DNA from: Gaiellaceae bacterium
GTDB lineage: Bacteria > Actinomycetota > Thermoleophilia > Gaiellales > Gaiellaceae
Direction: 5' to 3'
Length of the DNA stretch: 52,293 bases
Assembly (NCBI GenBank): GCA_035262005.1
Contig: DATFTK010000214.1
Span: forward strand, 1-52,293
Positions 1-9,177 of the stretch are shown here, piece by piece. A program made the translations under genes and the position numbers. Each line of letters begins with the position of its first letter. The stretch's first letter is position 1. The notes below the pieces were generated by a model. That model was not told where the DNA came from, searched no databases, and was given only the letters and a program-made list of their open reading frames with translations.

Positions 1-703
1 CGGCAGTCGCGTGCGGCACCCAGGCGTCGTCGAGCTCGGTCACGGGCCACGTGGCTTGCTTGCCTTGGAGGACGTCGAAACGCACGTCGACCTCGCCCGC
101 GATCTCGACGCCGGTGAAGCAGATCTCGCCGTCGCCCATCGAGGCGTGCATGTCGCCGACCGCGAACATGCCGCCCGGCTGCCGCACCGGGAAGTAGATC
201 CGCGCGCCTTTGCCGTGCAGATGATCGTCGAGATTGCCGCCGTGACGGCCGGCGAGGCCGTTCGACAGCGTGGCGCCGTCGGTCCCGACGCCGACCACGC
301 CGACCATCGGCCTCGCCGGGAACCGCACCCGCTCGTTCATCTCGATCCAGCCGTCGACCACACGAAACATGCGCGTCACCGGTGACTCGACCTGCTCGAT
401 CAGCTGGCCGAAGCCCGGGATGAGGCAGGCAAAGCCGACCTCGATCGGCCGCACGTCGAGAATCTCCGCGATCAGCGAGTCGCCCGGCTCGGCGCCGCGC
501 ACCGCGACCGGTCCCGTGGCGCTGTTCAGGCGCTCGAAGTCGATTCCGGTGACGAGGTCGTCCTCGCTCGTGATCTGGCCGGTGAAGCAGTCGTTCGTCT
601 GGAAGGTCACCATGTCGCCCGGGTCGACCTCCAGCACCGGCCGGAGGTCGGGCCCGAACGACCAGATCACTTGTTCACGCGACAGGAAGTGCTGCGACGC
701 CAT
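1..703 (-). CDS. acetamidase/formamidase-family amidase (FmdA/AmdA-like); 3' end runs off the window
   Basis: Not in the ORF track because it is open at the window edge. My translation of the minus strand from ATG 703..701 gives MASQHFLSREQVIWSFGPDLRPVLEVDPGDMVTFQTNDCFTGQ...GRHGGNLDDHL...VGDMHASMGDGEICFTGVEIAGEV, a typical acetamidase/formamidase core. The ATG overlaps the upstream stop (TGATG). Confidence 0.8.
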   Translation of the reverse strand, partial: MASQHFLSREQVIWSFGPDLRPVLEVDPGDMVTFQTNDCFTGQITSEDDLVTGIDFERLNSATGPVAVRGAEPGDSLIAEILDVRPIEVGFACLIPGFGQLIEQVESPVTRMFRVVDGWIEMNERVRFPARPMVGVVGVGTDGATLSNGLAGRHGGNLDDHLHGKGARIYFPVRQPGGMFAVGDMHASMGDGEICFTGVEIAGEVDVRFDVLQGKQATWPVTELDDAWVPHATA

Positions 704-2217
704 CAGTCGCGCCAAGGCGGTGCATTGTGGGTCCAACGCCCGCCCAGCATCGTCGCCACGACCCTCACGTCGGCAATGTCGTCCGTCTCGTACGGGTCCC
801 GGTCGAGCACGACGAGGTCGGCCAGGTACCCGGGAACGAGCTTCCCCCGTCGGTGCTCGTCGCCCGCCAGCCACGCAGGATTCACGGTCGTGGCCAGAAG
901 GGCCTCGTCGAGCGTCAGCCGCTGCTCCGGGTGCCAGGCACGTGACACGGCTGCAATGACGCCGGCCCAAGGATCCAGCTCCTCGATGGGCGCGTCCGAA
1001 CCGTTCGCGACGAGCGCGCCGGCGTCCCACAGCGAGCGGTAGGCGTAGGCGCGATCGGTCATGCCCGCCCAGAGGCGGTCGGCGATTTGAGCATCCGACG
1101 GAGCGTGGCTGAACTGGACGGAGGCGGCGACGCCGAGCTCGCCGAAGCGCGGAACGTCGTCCCACGCGAGCAGCTGCGCGTGCTCGATCCGAGGGCGCAG
1201 GCCACGCCAGTCGTCCCGGGTCTGCTCGAACGCGTCGAGCGCGTCGCGGTTCGCGAGATCGCCGATCGCGTGCACGGCGACCGGCAGCCGCGCCCGCGCT
1301 CCCGCGCGGATGATCTCGACGAGGTCGTCGCGGCTCGTGATCTGCACGCCGGAGCCGTCGAGCAGCCGCGCGGTCTGGGAGCCGAGCGTGCCGTCCATGA
1401 ATGCCTTCAGGTACCCGACGCGGATCAGGTCGTCGCCGAAGCCGCTGTGCAGGTGGAGCGCCGCCGCATGCTCGACCTGATCGGCCGGGATCGACTGCCA
1501 GACGCGGAGGTGCAGCGACCCCTCGTCGCGCAGGCGCTGCCAGACTCCGAGCGCGCCGAGCCAGCCGTCCTTGTCGTGGACGCACGTGACTCCGCGCGAC
1601 ACGGCGATGCGGACGCCCTCGCGCGAGGCCTCGACCATTTCGTCCTCGGTCGGCCGGACATAGCTGTCGCGGAAGTGCCAGGCACACTCCTCGCGCAGAA
1701 CGCCCGTCGGTTCGCCGCTGTCGTCGCGCACGACCACGCCGCCCTCGACCTCGAGGTCGCCGTTCGCCCGGGCGAGCGCGGCCGAGTTGAGCCAGAGCGA
1801 GTGGTAGTCGCGCGCCATCAACGCAGCGGGCGTGTCGCCGGTGACGCGGTCGAGCGCCTCCTTCGTCGGCTCCGTCGGCGGCGCCCAGTCGCCGCTGCGC
1901 CAACCCGTCCCGCGGAGCCAGCCGCCCGGCTGGACGTCGCGCGCCGCGGCCGCGACCCGCTCGAGCGTCTCGTCGAGCGTGGCCGCGCCCTCCAGCCGCA
2001 CCTGCCGCTGCGCCAGCGACCACGTCGGGAAGTGGACGTGCGCGTCGGTGAAGCCCGGGATGACGCACCGTCCGCCGAGGTCGACGCGCTCGGGGCTCGC
2101 GAGCGCGGTCTCGTGCGTGCCGACGCCACCGGCGATCCGGTCGCCGGCGATCGCGAGCGCGCCCGCCACCGGAAGCGCGGGATCCATCGTCCGCATGACG
2201 CCGTTCTCGAGGATCAC
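703..2217 (-). CDS. metal-dependent amidohydrolase (amidohydrolase-3 type, TIM-barrel)
   Basis: 504-aa track ORF. The N-terminus has ...GFTDAHVHFPTW (metal-binding HxH) and the C-terminus has GSDAPIEELDP, as in the amidohydrolase family. Its stop overlaps the start of the downstream amidase. Confidence 0.85.
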   Translation of the reverse strand: MILENGVMRTMDPALPVAGALAIAGDRIAGGVGTHETALASPERVDLGGRCVIPGFTDAHVHFPTWSLAQRQVRLEGAATLDETLERVAAAARDVQPGGWLRGTGWRSGDWAPPTEPTKEALDRVTGDTPAALMARDYHSLWLNSAALARANGDLEVEGGVVVRDDSGEPTGVLREECAWHFRDSYVRPTEDEMVEASREGVRIAVSRGVTCVHDKDGWLGALGVWQRLRDEGSLHLRVWQSIPADQVEHAAALHLHSGFGDDLIRVGYLKAFMDGTLGSQTARLLDGSGVQITSRDDLVEIIRAGARARLPVAVHAIGDLANRDALDAFEQTRDDWRGLRPRIEHAQLLAWDDVPRFGELGVAASVQFSHAPSDAQIADRLWAGMTDRAYAYRSLWDAGALVANGSDAPIEELDPWAGVIAAVSRAWHPEQRLTLDEALLATTVNPAWLAGDEHRRGKLVPGYLADLVVLDRDPYETDDIADVRVVATMLGGRWTHNAPPWRD

Positions 2218-2241
2218 GCGCTGGAAAATAGACTTTCACGC

Positions 2242-3423
2242 ATGGCGTACGAAGCCCTGACCGCGGAACAGCGCGAGCTCCGTGACCTGGTCCGGCAGCT
2301 CGCGCGCGATCGGATCGCGCCGCGGGCGGCCGAGATCGACGAGAGCCACGAGTTTCCGTGGGACGTCGTCGAGCTCTTCCGCGAGAACGACATCTTCGGG
2401 CTCCTGTTCGACGAGGAGTACGGCGGGCTCGGCACCGGGACGCTCCTCTCGCTCGTCGCGATCGAGGAGGTCTCGAAGGTCTGCGCCACGAGCGGTCTCA
2501 TCCTGGCGGTCCAGGAGCTCGGTTCGCTCGGCCTCAAGCTCGCGGGCGACGACGACCAGAAGCAGCGCTACCTCCCGCGGCTCGCGTCCGGGGAGTGGCT
2601 CGCCGCCTATGCGTTGACGGAGTCCGGCTCGGGCTCGGACTCGGCCGCCATGCGCAGCACGGCGGAGCGGGACGGCGACGCGTATGTCCTCAACGGCTCC
2701 AAGCGCTTCATCACGAACGCCGGCGTCGCGCAGCTCTACACGGTCTTCGCGAAGACCGACTCCGAGGCCGGCCACGCGGGCATCTCTGCCTTCGTCGTCG
2801 AGGCCGACACGTCCGGCTTCGAGGTCGCGCGGCTCGAGCCGAAGATGGGGATCCGCGGCTCGACCACCGGGGAGCTGACGTTCGACGACGTCCGCGTCCC
2901 GGCCGAGAACCTGCTCGGCGAGGAGGGGGAGGGCTTCAGGATCGCGATGCGCATCCTCGACCGTTCACGACCGGGAATCGCCGCGCAGGGGCTCGGCATT
3001 GCGCAGGGCGCAACCGACTACGCGCTCGAGTACGCGAAGACGCGCGAGACGATGGGCAAGCCGATCGGCGAGCATCAGCTCGTCGCCGCGATGCTCGCCG
3101 ACATGGAGACGAAGTGCGAGGCGGCCCGCGGGCTGCTGTACAAGTTCGGGGCCGCAGTCGACGAGGGCATCGACGGGCCGGAGCTGACGAAGCTCTCGGC
3201 GATGACGAAGCTCTACTGCACCGACGTCGCGATGCAGGTCACGACTGACGCGGTGCAAGTGCTCGGCGGTTACGGCTACATCTCGGAATATCCCTTGGAG
3301 CGGATGATGCGAGATGCGAAGATCACGCAGATCTACGAGGGCACGAATCAGATCCAGCGCCTGGTGATCGCGCGCGAGATGCTCAAGGAGCAGCGCGCAT
3401 TCCTGCTCGCCGGCGTCGGCTGA
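2242..3423 (+). CDS. acyl-CoA dehydrogenase
   Basis: Last 393 codons of track ORF 1087..3423. The in-frame ATG at 2242 gives MAYEALTAEQRELRDLVRQLARDRIAPRAAEIDESHEFPWD... and the protein ends ...ITQIYEGTNQIQRLVIAREML, matching the ACAD family. The upstream 385 codons are antisense to the amidohydrolase gene and are R/A/D-rich. Confidence 0.9.
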   Translation: MAYEALTAEQRELRDLVRQLARDRIAPRAAEIDESHEFPWDVVELFRENDIFGLLFDEEYGGLGTGTLLSLVAIEEVSKVCATSGLILAVQELGSLGLKLAGDDDQKQRYLPRLASGEWLAAYALTESGSGSDSAAMRSTAERDGDAYVLNGSKRFITNAGVAQLYTVFAKTDSEAGHAGISAFVVEADTSGFEVARLEPKMGIRGSTTGELTFDDVRVPAENLLGEEGEGFRIAMRILDRSRPGIAAQGLGIAQGATDYALEYAKTRETMGKPIGEHQLVAAMLADMETKCEAARGLLYKFGAAVDEGIDGPELTKLSAMTKLYCTDVAMQVTTDAVQVLGGYGYISEYPLERMMRDAKITQIYEGTNQIQRLVIAREMLKEQRAFLLAGVG

Positions 3424-3440
3424 CTGTCAGGAGGAGTCCA

Positions 3441-4232
3441 ATGAAGCGCTACATCGTCCCGCTGGTGCTCCTTGCAGCACTGGCCGCCGTCGGCACCGCC
3501 GGCGCTATCGGCGTCTCGCCCGTGAAGGGCTCGTTCAAGTACTGCGACAACCCGACCTTCCCGCCGTTGGAGTCGAAGACGACCTCGGGCAAGCCGGTCG
3601 GGTTCGACATCGACATGGCGAACGCGATCGGGAAGCTCTGGAAGGTGAAGGCGAACTTCGTCTTCAGCTCGTTCGACGGGCTGCTGCCGGCGCTCGGGGC
3701 TAAGCGATGCAACATGGTGATCAGCGGGATCTTCGTCACGCCGGACCGCACGGCGAAGTTCCCCGCGGTGCCGTACATGAAGTCGCACCGTGCGCTCGTC
3801 GTCGCCGCCGGCAACCCGAAGGGGATCAAAGGGCCGAACGACCTCGCCGGGAAGAACGTGGCTGTCCAGTCCGCGACGAAGTACGAGCAGTACCTGAAGG
3901 ATCTGAACGACCAGTTCAAGTCCTCCGGGAAGTCGCAGATGAACCTGACGAGCTACCCGGGCGACACGGACGCGATCGGGCAGATCCTCATCGGGCGCGC
4001 CGACGCGGTCCTCACTCAGGACACCGAGGGCGCGTTCCAGAAGAAGCAGCACCCCGGGAAGCTGGCGATCGGCTACCTCTTCCCGGAGACCGACACCTTC
4101 GGGATCTACTACCGCAAGTCCGACAAGCAGCTGGGCACCTCGCTGAAGGCGGCGATCAAGACGCTGAAGAAGAACGGCACCTTGAAGAAGCTCGCCGCGA
4201 AGCAGCAGATCCCCGCTGCTGACGTGAAGTAG
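3441..4232 (+). CDS. polar amino-acid ABC transporter substrate-binding protein (family 3)
   Basis: Signal peptide MKRYIVPLVLLAALAAVGTAGA. GFDIDMANAIGK and SGIFVTPDR stretches are typical of family-3 binding proteins. Followed by the permease and ATPase genes. Confidence 0.85.
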   Translation: MKRYIVPLVLLAALAAVGTAGAIGVSPVKGSFKYCDNPTFPPLESKTTSGKPVGFDIDMANAIGKLWKVKANFVFSSFDGLLPALGAKRCNMVISGIFVTPDRTAKFPAVPYMKSHRALVVAAGNPKGIKGPNDLAGKNVAVQSATKYEQYLKDLNDQFKSSGKSQMNLTSYPGDTDAIGQILIGRADAVLTQDTEGAFQKKQHPGKLAIGYLFPETDTFGIYYRKSDKQLGTSLKAAIKTLKKNGTLKKLAAKQQIPAADVK

Positions 4233-4246
4233 GCTCGCCGACACGG

Positions 4247-4984
4247 GTGGTCGCAAGCTTCGACACCCATCTGTTCTGGGAAGTGCTCCGCTCCGAGCCG
4301 TACTGGAGGGGAGCACTTCTCGCCATCGCGCTGACGTGCGCGTCGCTGGGAGCTGCCTGCCTGCTCGGGTTCCCCCTCGCGCTCGGGCGGGCGTCGCGGC
4401 AGCCGGCCGTGCGATTCGTCGTCTTCTTGTACAGCTGGTTCTTCCGGGCGACGCCGACGCTGCTGCTGCTGATCATCGTCTGGGACGTGATCCCGCAACA
4501 GTTCACGGTGTTCACGCACAACTGGTTCACGCCGTTCCTGGCGGCATTCATCGCGCTGTCGCTGAACGAGGCGGCCTACATGGCGGAGATCATCCGCGCC
4601 GGTCTGCTGGCAGTCGACCCAGGGCAGGAGCTGGCGGGCCGGGCGCTCGGGATGCGCCGCTGGCAGATCCTCCGCCGCGTCGTCGTCCCGCAAGCGGTCC
4701 GGATCGTGATCCCGCCGACCGGCAACGAGTTCATCACCCTGCTGAAGCTGACGTCGCTCGCATCGGTCATCTCCGTGCACGAGCTGTTGACGGCCGCAAA
4801 CGAGCAGGCGTCGATCAGCTTCAGCTACCGCGAGGTGTACGGGGCGGCGCTCGTCTACTACCTGGTGATCGTGAGCGTCCTGATGTTTCTGCAGAGCCGG
4901 CTCGAGCGGCGCTTCACCTTCCGCTCGCGCTCGCGCGGGAGGACGGCGGTCGGGCTCGCGGCCGCGGCGCACGACGCGCGATGA
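4247..4984 (+). CDS. amino-acid ABC transporter permease
   Basis: 245-aa polytopic protein with an EAA-type loop, LSLNEAAYMAEIIRAGLLAVDPGQELAGRALGM. GTG start. Confidence 0.85.
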   Translation: MVASFDTHLFWEVLRSEPYWRGALLAIALTCASLGAACLLGFPLALGRASRQPAVRFVVFLYSWFFRATPTLLLLIIVWDVIPQQFTVFTHNWFTPFLAAFIALSLNEAAYMAEIIRAGLLAVDPGQELAGRALGMRRWQILRRVVVPQAVRIVIPPTGNEFITLLKLTSLASVISVHELLTAANEQASISFSYREVYGAALVYYLVIVSVLMFLQSRLERRFTFRSRSRGRTAVGLAAAAHDAR

Positions 4985-5718
4985 ACGAGACCGTCCTGCG
5001 GGCGGAGGGCGTGCGCAAGTCGTACGACGGGCTGCCGGTGCTGCAGGGTGTGTCGCTGGAGGTCGGTCGCGGTGAGGTGAAGGTCATCATCGGCCCGTCG
5101 GGCTCGGGCAAGTCGACGTTCCTGCGCGCGCTCGCGCTGCTCGAGCCGGTCGACGCCGGCGAGGTCTACCTCGAGGGCGAGCAGGTGAGCGGCCTGAAGG
5201 AGAAGCAGCTTGCCGCCCACCGCTCGGAGATCGGAATGGTCTTCCAGCGCTTCAACCTGTTCCAGAACATGACGGCGCTCGGGAACGTGATGGTCGCGCT
5301 GCGCGACGTGCGCCGGGTGCCCAGGCAGGAGGCCCGCGCGCGTGCGCTCGAGTTCCTGGCGCGGGTGGGGCTTCGCGACAAGGCGGAGAACTACCCGGAG
5401 GAGTTGTCCGGCGGCCAGCAGCAGCGCGTCGCAATCGCGCGTGCGCTCGTGATGCGGCCGAAGGCGATGCTGTTCGACGAGCCGACGTCTGCGCTCGACG
5501 TGGAACTGGTGCGCGAGGTCCTCGACGTGATGGAGAGTCTGGCGCGCGACGGCATGACGATGGTGGTCGTCTCGCACGAGCTCCGCTTCGCGCACCACGT
5601 TGCGAGCTCGATCCTGATGATGGACGAGGGGAAGATCATCGAGGAAGCGCCGCCCGAGCAGTTCTTTTCCGCTCCGTCGCAGGAGCGCACGAAGCGCTTC
5701 CTCGCACTCGTGGAGTGA
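4981..5718 (+). CDS. amino-acid ABC transporter ATP-binding protein
   Basis: In-frame ATG at 4981 within track ORF 4336..5718, forming an ATGA overlap with the permease stop. Walker A GPSGSGKST, signature LSGGQQQRVAIARAL, Walker B MLFDEPTSALD. Confidence 0.9.
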   Translation: MNETVLRAEGVRKSYDGLPVLQGVSLEVGRGEVKVIIGPSGSGKSTFLRALALLEPVDAGEVYLEGEQVSGLKEKQLAAHRSEIGMVFQRFNLFQNMTALGNVMVALRDVRRVPRQEARARALEFLARVGLRDKAENYPEELSGGQQQRVAIARALVMRPKAMLFDEPTSALDVELVREVLDVMESLARDGMTMVVVSHELRFAHHVASSILMMDEGKIIEEAPPEQFFSAPSQERTKRFLALVE

Positions 5719-5728
5719 GACGAGGCGC

Positions 5729-6307
5729 TCAGGCGGGTGAAACCGTCCGGCGCATCACGCAGTTCTTCTTTCCCTTCGGCCGGTCGTAGCTGAAGCCGGT
5801 CTGTTCATAGAGGCTGCGCGTGGTGTTGTAGAGGAACTGGGGCCGCATCTTCTCGCCCGGCTGCAATTCGTGCGGATAGCCCTCCACCACGCCGCCGCCA
5901 GCCTGCGCAATCAGGTCGACGGCACCGCGCAGCGCCATCCCTGCGACGCCTTTCCGCCGATAGTCCCTGTCGACGAAGATGCAGGTGATGCGATAGTCGG
6001 GCGGCTCTTCGGTGCGGGTCGCCTCGTACTCCTTCCGGTGGTGGATGTTCGGCAGCTCCTCCGGGGAGCCGTATTGGCACCAGGCCACCGCGGCGTCGCC
6101 GTCGAAGACCAGGGCCGCGTGCGCGTTGCCCTCGCGAACGAGCCGCTCCTTCCAGGGACGGCCCTTTTCGCCCTCGGGCCTGCCCTCTCGCGAATGGAAC
6201 CACGTGCACCAGCAGCCGCCGAACCCGCACCCCTTGTGCTTCTCGAGCAGGCGCGCGTAGGCATCCCACGTCGAGGAATCGAGTGGCCTGATCTCGTACT
6301 CGCTCAT
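5729..6307 (-). CDS. GNAT-family N-acetyltransferase
   Basis: C-terminal 192 codons of track ORF 5729..6688, starting MSEYEIRPLDSSTWDAYARLLEKHKGCGFGGCWCTWFH. Acetyl-CoA motif RRKGVAGMAL. Confidence 0.8.
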   Translation of the reverse strand: MSEYEIRPLDSSTWDAYARLLEKHKGCGFGGCWCTWFHSREGRPEGEKGRPWKERLVREGNAHAALVFDGDAAVAWCQYGSPEELPNIHHRKEYEATRTEEPPDYRITCIFVDRDYRRKGVAGMALRGAVDLIAQAGGGVVEGYPHELQPGEKMRPQFLYNTTRSLYEQTGFSYDRPKGKKNCVMRRTVSPA

Positions 6308-6318
6308 GCATGCTCCTT

Positions 6319-6942
6319 TCAGACTGGCAGCCAGTCGGCGATCTCGGGGATGAACTCCGGGTCGATCTGATGGAACATCGGCGTCTCGCGGTAGAGCACC
6401 GACGCGCCGGCCGCCTCGAGCTCCGCCCGCGCGCGGCGACCCCACTCGACGCCGATCACATTGTCGAGCGTGCCGTGGCCGATCGCGACCGGTGGCAGCG
6501 GCGGCGACAGGTCCAGTGAGAAGCCCTCGACGGTCGGGATGAACGAGCTCAGCGCGATCAGCCCCGCCGGCCGCGGCCGCCCGGCGCCGAGCCCGAGCGA
6601 GTACGCCATCACGCCGCCCTGCGAGAACCCGCCGAGCACGACGCGCTCGAACCCCAGCTCCGCCTCGGCGACGAAGGCGTCCAGCCATTCGGACGCCGCG
6701 TCGTAGCTCCCAAGGAACGACTTCGCCTCGGGCGTCCCGATGCCGCCGAGCGCGTACCAGTGCGCGCCCCCGGGTGGGAGCGCCAACGGCCCGCGCGGCG
6801 TGGCGCCGATCAGGCGCCGTTCCGGATCGAAGGCGTCGAGCAGCGGGAAGAGGTCGAGCTCGTCGGCGCCCCGCCCGTGGAAGAGCACGAGTGCGCCTTC
6901 CGGCGCTCCGGCGGCGGGTCGGATCCGCGCAGCGAGACTCAC
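6319..6942 (-). CDS. phospholipase/carboxylesterase-type alpha/beta hydrolase
   Basis: 207 aa. Has LVLFHGRGADELDL and the nucleophile elbow GGFSQGG. Confidence 0.8.
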   Translation of the reverse strand: MSLAARIRPAAGAPEGALVLFHGRGADELDLFPLLDAFDPERRLIGATPRGPLALPPGGAHWYALGGIGTPEAKSFLGSYDAASEWLDAFVAEAELGFERVVLGGFSQGGVMAYSLGLGAGRPRPAGLIALSSFIPTVEGFSLDLSPPLPPVAIGHGTLDNVIGVEWGRRARAELEAAGASVLYRETPMFHQIDPEFIPEIADWLPV

Positions 6943-6965
6943 CGGACGATTGTTACCGTGGCGAC

Positions 6966-7886
6966 GTGCGCTTCGAGGGGATTCACCACATCACGTGCAT
7001 CACCGGCGACGCGCCCGGCAACGTCGACTTCTACGTCCGCGTCCTCGGGCTGAGGCTCGTCAAGAAGTCCGTCAACCAGGACGACCCGACCGTCTACCAC
7101 CTCTTCTACGCCGACGAGAAGGGCAGTGCCGGCAGCGACCTGACCTTCTTCGAGTACCCGCACGCGCGTCCCGGCAGGGCAGGGCGCGGAATGGTCCACC
7201 GGATCGTCTTCCGCGTTGCCTCCGAGGACGCGATCGAGTTCTGGACAGATCGGCTCACGGCCGAAGGCGTCGAGGTCGACCGCAGCGAGGGCAGCCTCCG
7301 CTTCAGCGACCCCGAGGGCCTCGACCTCGAGCTCTCCGTCGTCGAGACGGCCGACGAGCCGCTGATCGCCGACCACCCCGAGATCCCGCGCGAGCTCGCG
7401 CTGCAGGGGTTCGACGGCGTCCGCGCGTACGCCGACCCCGGCCCGAGCCGCGACTTCCTCGAGCAGGTGCTCTCGTTCGACCCGCACGGTGACTCGGTCT
7501 GGGAGGTTCGCGGCGACAAGCGCGGCTCCTGGTACGCCTACGACGAGCCGCCGGTCGAGCCCGGACTTCCGGGCGGGGGAACCGTCCATCACGTCGCCTG
7601 GGCGTCGCCGCCCGACGAGCACGAGGCCTGGCAGAAGCGCGTTGCGGCGAGCGGTGCCCATCCGACGCCCATCATCGACCGCTTCTACTTCAAGTCGATC
7701 TACTTCCGCGAGCCGAGCGGCGTGCTGTTCGAGATCGCGACCATCGGCCCGGGGTTCACCGTCGACGAGCCGCTCGAGCACCTCGGCGAGAAGCTTTCGC
7801 TGCCGCCCGACTACGAGCATCTGCGCGCGACCGTCGAACCGGTCCTGACGCCTCTACCCAACCCGCGCGAGCTCGTCCAGCGCTAG
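6966..7886 (+). CDS. ring-cleaving dioxygenase, glyoxalase/VOC superfamily (MhqO/YfiE-like)
   Basis: In-frame GTG at 6966 within track ORF 6774..7886 gives VRFEGIHHITCITGDAPGNVDFYVRVLGLRLVKKSVNQDDPTVYHLFYAD..., the conserved N-terminus of this family. A second VOC module follows (HHVAWASP...FYFKSIYFREPSGVLFEIAT). Confidence 0.8.
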   Translation: MRFEGIHHITCITGDAPGNVDFYVRVLGLRLVKKSVNQDDPTVYHLFYADEKGSAGSDLTFFEYPHARPGRAGRGMVHRIVFRVASEDAIEFWTDRLTAEGVEVDRSEGSLRFSDPEGLDLELSVVETADEPLIADHPEIPRELALQGFDGVRAYADPGPSRDFLEQVLSFDPHGDSVWEVRGDKRGSWYAYDEPPVEPGLPGGGTVHHVAWASPPDEHEAWQKRVAASGAHPTPIIDRFYFKSIYFREPSGVLFEIATIGPGFTVDEPLEHLGEKLSLPPDYEHLRATVEPVLTPLPNPRELVQR

Positions 7887-8972
7887 CGGCGGGTACTTCG
7901 CGCGGATCGCGTCGACGAACGACGCCATTCGCTCCGCGAGCGCCGCGTCCTCGATCTCGAGCACGTTCTCGGCATTCTCCTCGCCGGAGTGGGAGAGGTT
8001 GAAACTGCCGACAAACACCGTGTCGTCACAGACACACACCTTTGCGTGCATGTAATCGTGGACGGCGCCGGGCGCGTAGGGCGTCGACCGCTTCCCGGTG
8101 AACGGCGCGTTCCGCAGCACGAACATGAGTGACGGCGTCTTCCAGGTGTTGTTGCCGTTCAGCCGCCACTGTTCGAAGACCTCGGCGATCTGGGTCGCGT
8201 CGACGACACCGGCGACGTCGATCTTCTTGTCGGCGGCGACCTCGGCCAGTGTCCCGAGGATCGGGCCGGAGGTGATGATCGGCGATGCGATCCGTACGCG
8301 CCGATCTGCGTCCCCGATCGCGTTCGCGATCCGGTGCGCCAGCCGCTCTCCGCGCTTCGGCGAGAACCAGGTCCGCACGTCGACGTCGCCGACGCGGATC
8401 GGGTCGGGCGGCACATTCCCCGACGCCTGCACGTCGCGTTTCTTCCAGAGCTGGGAGAAGTCCTCCTGGAAGCGGATCGCAACGCCGGTCGACTCCACGA
8501 TCACGATCACGTTCTCCTCACGCGTCCACGCATCGTCGGTCCAGTTCGTCGAGCCGGTCCAGACCGCGGTGCGATCGCGCACCATGAACTTGTGGTGCAT
8601 CAGATCCGGCCAGCCTGGAACGGCTGCGGTCTCGAAAGGGAGGGACTCGAGCAGGCTAGGCTCAGTCTTCGGCGGCGGCGGAACCGGAGGCCGCTGGTCG
8701 TCGCGGTCGAGGTTGTAGAGCAGCCGGACGTTCACGCCTCGGTTCTGCGCGCCCACCAGCGCGTCGCGGACGACGTCTGCGGTGTCGTCGTGGAGCCGGA
8801 CGTCGTAGAGCGCCAGCTCGAGCGTGTGCTCGGCCGGTCCGGCGAACTCGGCGATCATCCGCGCGACGTCGAGCGCCGCCTGGCCGCCGTCGGTGAGAGT
8901 GTGGACCGTGATCAGAGGGCGTAGGCTATGTGGAGCGGTCATGGCCGATCGACGAGAAGCGGTGGCGGACAA
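7854..8972 (-). CDS. phospholipase D-like protein with two HKD motifs
   Basis: The first HKD motif is HHKFMVRD...GSTNWT and the second is HAKVCVCDD...GSFNLS. The start could instead be the ATG at 8942. The 3' end overlaps the convergent dioxygenase gene by 33 nt. Confidence 0.8.
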   Translation of the reverse strand: MSATASRRSAMTAPHSLRPLITVHTLTDGGQAALDVARMIAEFAGPAEHTLELALYDVRLHDDTADVVRDALVGAQNRGVNVRLLYNLDRDDQRPPVPPPPKTEPSLLESLPFETAAVPGWPDLMHHKFMVRDRTAVWTGSTNWTDDAWTREENVIVIVESTGVAIRFQEDFSQLWKKRDVQASGNVPPDPIRVGDVDVRTWFSPKRGERLAHRIANAIGDADRRVRIASPIITSGPILGTLAEVAADKKIDVAGVVDATQIAEVFEQWRLNGNNTWKTPSLMFVLRNAPFTGKRSTPYAPGAVHDYMHAKVCVCDDTVFVGSFNLSHSGEENAENVLEIEDAALAERMASFVDAIRAKYPPLALDELARVG

Positions 8973-9177
8973 TCTGCGCTCGCTCGCGGGCGACCTGAAG
9001 AACCTGCTCGATTCCGCGACGACCGATCCGAAGTCGCGCCGCCGAAGGGAGCTGCAGTGGCGCGCCCTCTACGGCGGCCTCTCGATCGTCACGACCCTGG
9101 CGGCGCGCCGCATCGCGACCAAGGCCTGGGCGATCCTTACCGGCGAGCAGCCGCCCGTAGCGCGTCGATCCGCTTGA
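8941..9177 (+). CDS. small DUF4235-like protein
   Basis: ATG at 8941 within track ORF 8824..9177. The 78-aa product ends ...LSIVTTLAARRIATKAWAILTGEQPPV, resembling the W..xTGxxPP tail I associate with DUF4235. This assignment is from memory. Confidence 0.5.
   Translation: MADRREAVADNLRSLAGDLKNLLDSATTDPKSRRRRELQWRALYGGLSIVTTLAARRIATKAWAILTGEQPPVARRSA

Noticed and set aside
1087-2241. A long N-terminal extension of the acyl-CoA dehydrogenase ORF. The fused ORFs 9598..11562, 18470..21487, 20689..22521, 21360..23084 and 31361..32869 show the same pattern.
   Set aside because: The extensions overlap other real genes or intergenic DNA, lack homology flavour, and precede an internal start that matches the conserved family N-terminus. 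I trimmed these ORFs to the internal starts.
7854-8972. The PLD-like gene as part of a DISARM-type or other defence system.
   Set aside because: No DrmA/DrmB-like helicase or DUF1998, no methyltransferase and no other defence gene lies nearby. The flanking genes are metabolic.
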